From Squalus acanthias (lineage: Eukaryota), in assembly GCA_030390025.1 (NCBI GenBank), contig CM059431.1:111292001-111356000 (forward strand): a stretch of 64,000 nt of DNA. The letters run 5' to 3'. The notes beneath the pieces were generated by a model that was not told where the DNA came from, did no database searches, and saw only the letters and a list, made by a program, of their open reading frames with translations. This document shows positions 61,641-64,000 of this stretch, one piece after another (the first letter of the stretch is position 1; each line of letters opens with the position of its first letter). A program made the translations under genes and the position numbers.

Positions 61641-62437
61641 GGCCGCGATTTTGCCAGCGCTCAGAGAGGCGGGTCAGAGGTTAAAGTCCTATTGATTGAC
61701 AGCAGGTCATGAACCCGCCATCAACCCGCCTCCAAACAGCCTTCCCAAGTGTCGGGTCCCCGATTTGCGAATGGACCCGACACCTAGCAGCGGGAAACGG
61801 ATTAAAGGCAATTACCTGCCTATTAACAGGTACTTGTCAGTAGTGTTCAGCCTGTTTTTCGATTTTCCCGCTTCTGGGTCGGCTTTCCCGACGTCCGGAC
61901 ACCACGCCAGGTAAGTGTGGCGTGCTGTGAGTCTGGTGTAATGTTTGTGAAAAGATGACAGCTGCAGAAGTGGTATGAAGGATGCAATGTTGCACATGGT
62001 GAGTTTCAGAGCAAAGAAAATTGGTTACTGCATTTTTAAAACATATACAGATTTCTTTATCTTACAAGTTTTTAAATCCAACTATATGTCCAGTGCCACC
62101 TCATTGGGAGAACCTCTCTCACCAATGACAGATCGCTTCTGTCATCTCACCTGCAGCTGCCATCTATTCCAGCATGTGGAGGGAGTCATTGGAGAGTCTG
62201 GGTGCAAGAGTTCACCTTTGTGCAGTGATTGTCAGTGTTTTCAGCACCACAAACACTATGAAATTGTGCATGGTCCCTTTAAGGAAACCGGCAGATGACA
62301 CATCATCAAATGACGTCATCAGACCCGCTTCCTGTTAATCGGCCATTAACAAGGTCAATCAAAGGAAAAATCACGTCTGTGGAGCGGAGGCAACTGGGAG
62401 CGGGACGCATCCCGACACCGAACGCAAAATCGTGGCC
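61641..62437. mobile_element. Harbinger deletion derivative
   Basis: TIR ggccgcgattttgc / gcaaaatcgtggcc (13/14 match); minus-strand Myb/SANT start remnant; paralog of 41746-42622. Confidence 0.8.
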
Positions 62438-62446
62438 GTTGGCATT

Positions 62447-62892
62447 AAAGAAAGACTTGCATTTATATAGCACCTTTCACAACCTCAGGACATCCCAAAT
62501 TACAGCCAATGAAGTACTTTTGGAGTGTAGTCACTGTTGTAATGTAGGAAACACAGCAACCAATTTGTGCACAGCAAGCTCCCACAAACAGCAAGGTGAT
62601 ATTGACCAGATAATCTATTTTAGTGATGTTGATTGAAGAATAAATATTGGGCAGGACACCAGGGATAACTCCCCTGTTCTTCTTTGAAATAGTGCCACAG
62701 GATCTTTTACGGCCACCTGAGAAGGCAGACGGGGCCTTGGAAAAGCGGCACCTTCGGAGTGTACGGCGCTCCCTCACCACTGCACTGGAGTGTCAGCCTA
62801 GATTTTCAAGCTCAAGTCTCTGGAATGGATCTTGAACCCACAACCTCCTGACTCAGAAGGCAAGAGTGCTACCGACTGAGCCACTGTTGACA
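62447..62892 (-). mobile_element. Full-length DeuSINE
   Basis: Reverse complement of the 46600-47063 architecture. Confidence 0.9.
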
Positions 62893-63339
62893 CCTTTACA
62901 GGTTTGCATACAGGATTTCCATTCTAACTGGTTACATGGGCAATTTCAATGTTAAATGTTGACATGCACATGTAACCAACAATCAGGACAACAGAAATGT
63001 AGTCATAGAAGTGTGTGCAACACAAGATTTTTTATAGTATATGTAGATTTATTGGCAGTTACAATACGACAGCATATGTGGTGTCAGCATCAGTGTTGTT
63101 GTACTTTTCTGTTAATACTTCCCAGTATTTTTGTTGTGCAATAAGTTCCACAATGCCAAAACATACACGGAGCAGACCCTAATCAGAATCAGAAGTTGAG
63201 GGTCCCACATTACTTCTCCCTTGTTCTCCAATCATTCCAGGCTGAAGACCTGGCTAACCCTTAACTCAGCCTTGGGCAATCCTTGCAGTTGATATTCTCC
63301 CACAGCTCTCCTGGCTGGTTGAATACATTTTTTCCCCAC

Positions 63340-63520
63340 TTGGTGGGTTTCTTCACTCGTTCCAATTCTTTTCGTTATGTTTATAGCATTGTACTGCCTT
63401 TTAACCTGATCCCAAGCCTCCCTCTTGGGTTTACAGAGATTGGCGCCAGTTCCAAACACTAAGAAAGTCTTGGCCATATCAGCTGTCACAATCGATTCCA
63501 CTTGACGTTCGATTATCTGG
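63340..63520 (-). pseudogene. Decayed Myb/SANT-like fragment
   Basis: VFGTGANLCKPKREAWDQVKRQYNAINITKR matches the AW..V...YNA.....R motif. Confidence 0.5.
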
Positions 63521-63637
63521 CCTTCGACACAGTCCTTACTTTCTGGCTGTTGTTACCGCATGTTGACTGACAAGAGGTCAAGCGGCTCCATTTCCTGCTT
63601 GTTTCGGAGATCAACTGTGATTTTTGCAATTGACTAC

Positions 63638-64000
63638 TCAGTGGATATGTTCACTTACAGCCAATAGTAAAACTATACCCATAATGGTATGATTTGATCG
63701 TCCGCAGTCCACGGGGACTGGGTATGCTTCTGAAGCTAGCCTGAGCTGGCACGGGCTTAATGCGTTCTGAAAAGGGTGGAGCGCCCGCAGGTGTTTGTTA
63801 CTTATCCAGGACGGGACCAAACCTTGTTTTAAATCCTCCAAATTACTGCGGCCCTCGCCCAGTAACCACGCCCTGTAAAGCACGCACACCTCATTCTGCG
63901 CAGCTTGATCGGATGCATTCCGATCTTCCCTAATCAGGGCATTTACCGTTCTCGCGTGTTTCTCTAGTTCAGCTATAATTTCCTTTAAATGGAGAGTCAT
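63638..64000 (-). CDS. Env/fusion-glycoprotein-like open frame, 5' part outside the window
   Basis: Heptad helix (L5-L12-V19 and I9-A16-I23), three Cys, N-glycosylation sequons NAS and NHT, GLVPSWI and GIVL motifs; no stop in 120 codons. Confidence 0.5.
   Translation of the reverse strand: MTLHLKEIIAELEKHARTVNALIREDRNASDQAAQNEVCVLYRAWLLGEGRSNLEDLKQGLVPSWISNKHLRALHPFQNALSPCQLRLASEAYPVPVDCGRSNHTIMGIVLLLAVSEHIH

Overview
Vertebrate, repeat-dominated window with no recognisable host protein-coding exon, rRNA, tRNA gene or CRISPR array. The repeat spectrum (DeuSINE/SacSINE1-like SINEs, CR1 and L2 LINEs, Penelope-like elements, abundant PIF/Harbinger derivatives) suggests a cartilaginous fish; this is inference. 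Main contents: (1) a young, 5'-truncated CR1 LINE with esterase ORF1, APE endonuclease and an open RT region (6.8-10.4 kb). (2) A Penelope-like element with RT, GIY-YIG endonuclease and a 15-bp TSD (17.1-20.0 kb), plus two short Penelope termini, one with an intact minimal hammerhead ribozyme core and one folded back into a 76-bp hairpin. (3) A Mag-type Gypsy element nested in a SINE (31.8-33.8 kb). (4) A 1.34-kb solo LTR with a CTGT TSD. (5) Three decayed Harbinger transposases, several Myb/SANT fragments and more than 10 TIR-bounded non-autonomous elements, which recurrently carry promoter motifs and consensus splice donors. (6) At the right edge, an open env/fusion-glycoprotein-like reading frame that runs off the window. 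Family names come from motif recognition, not database searches, and many boundaries are approximate.
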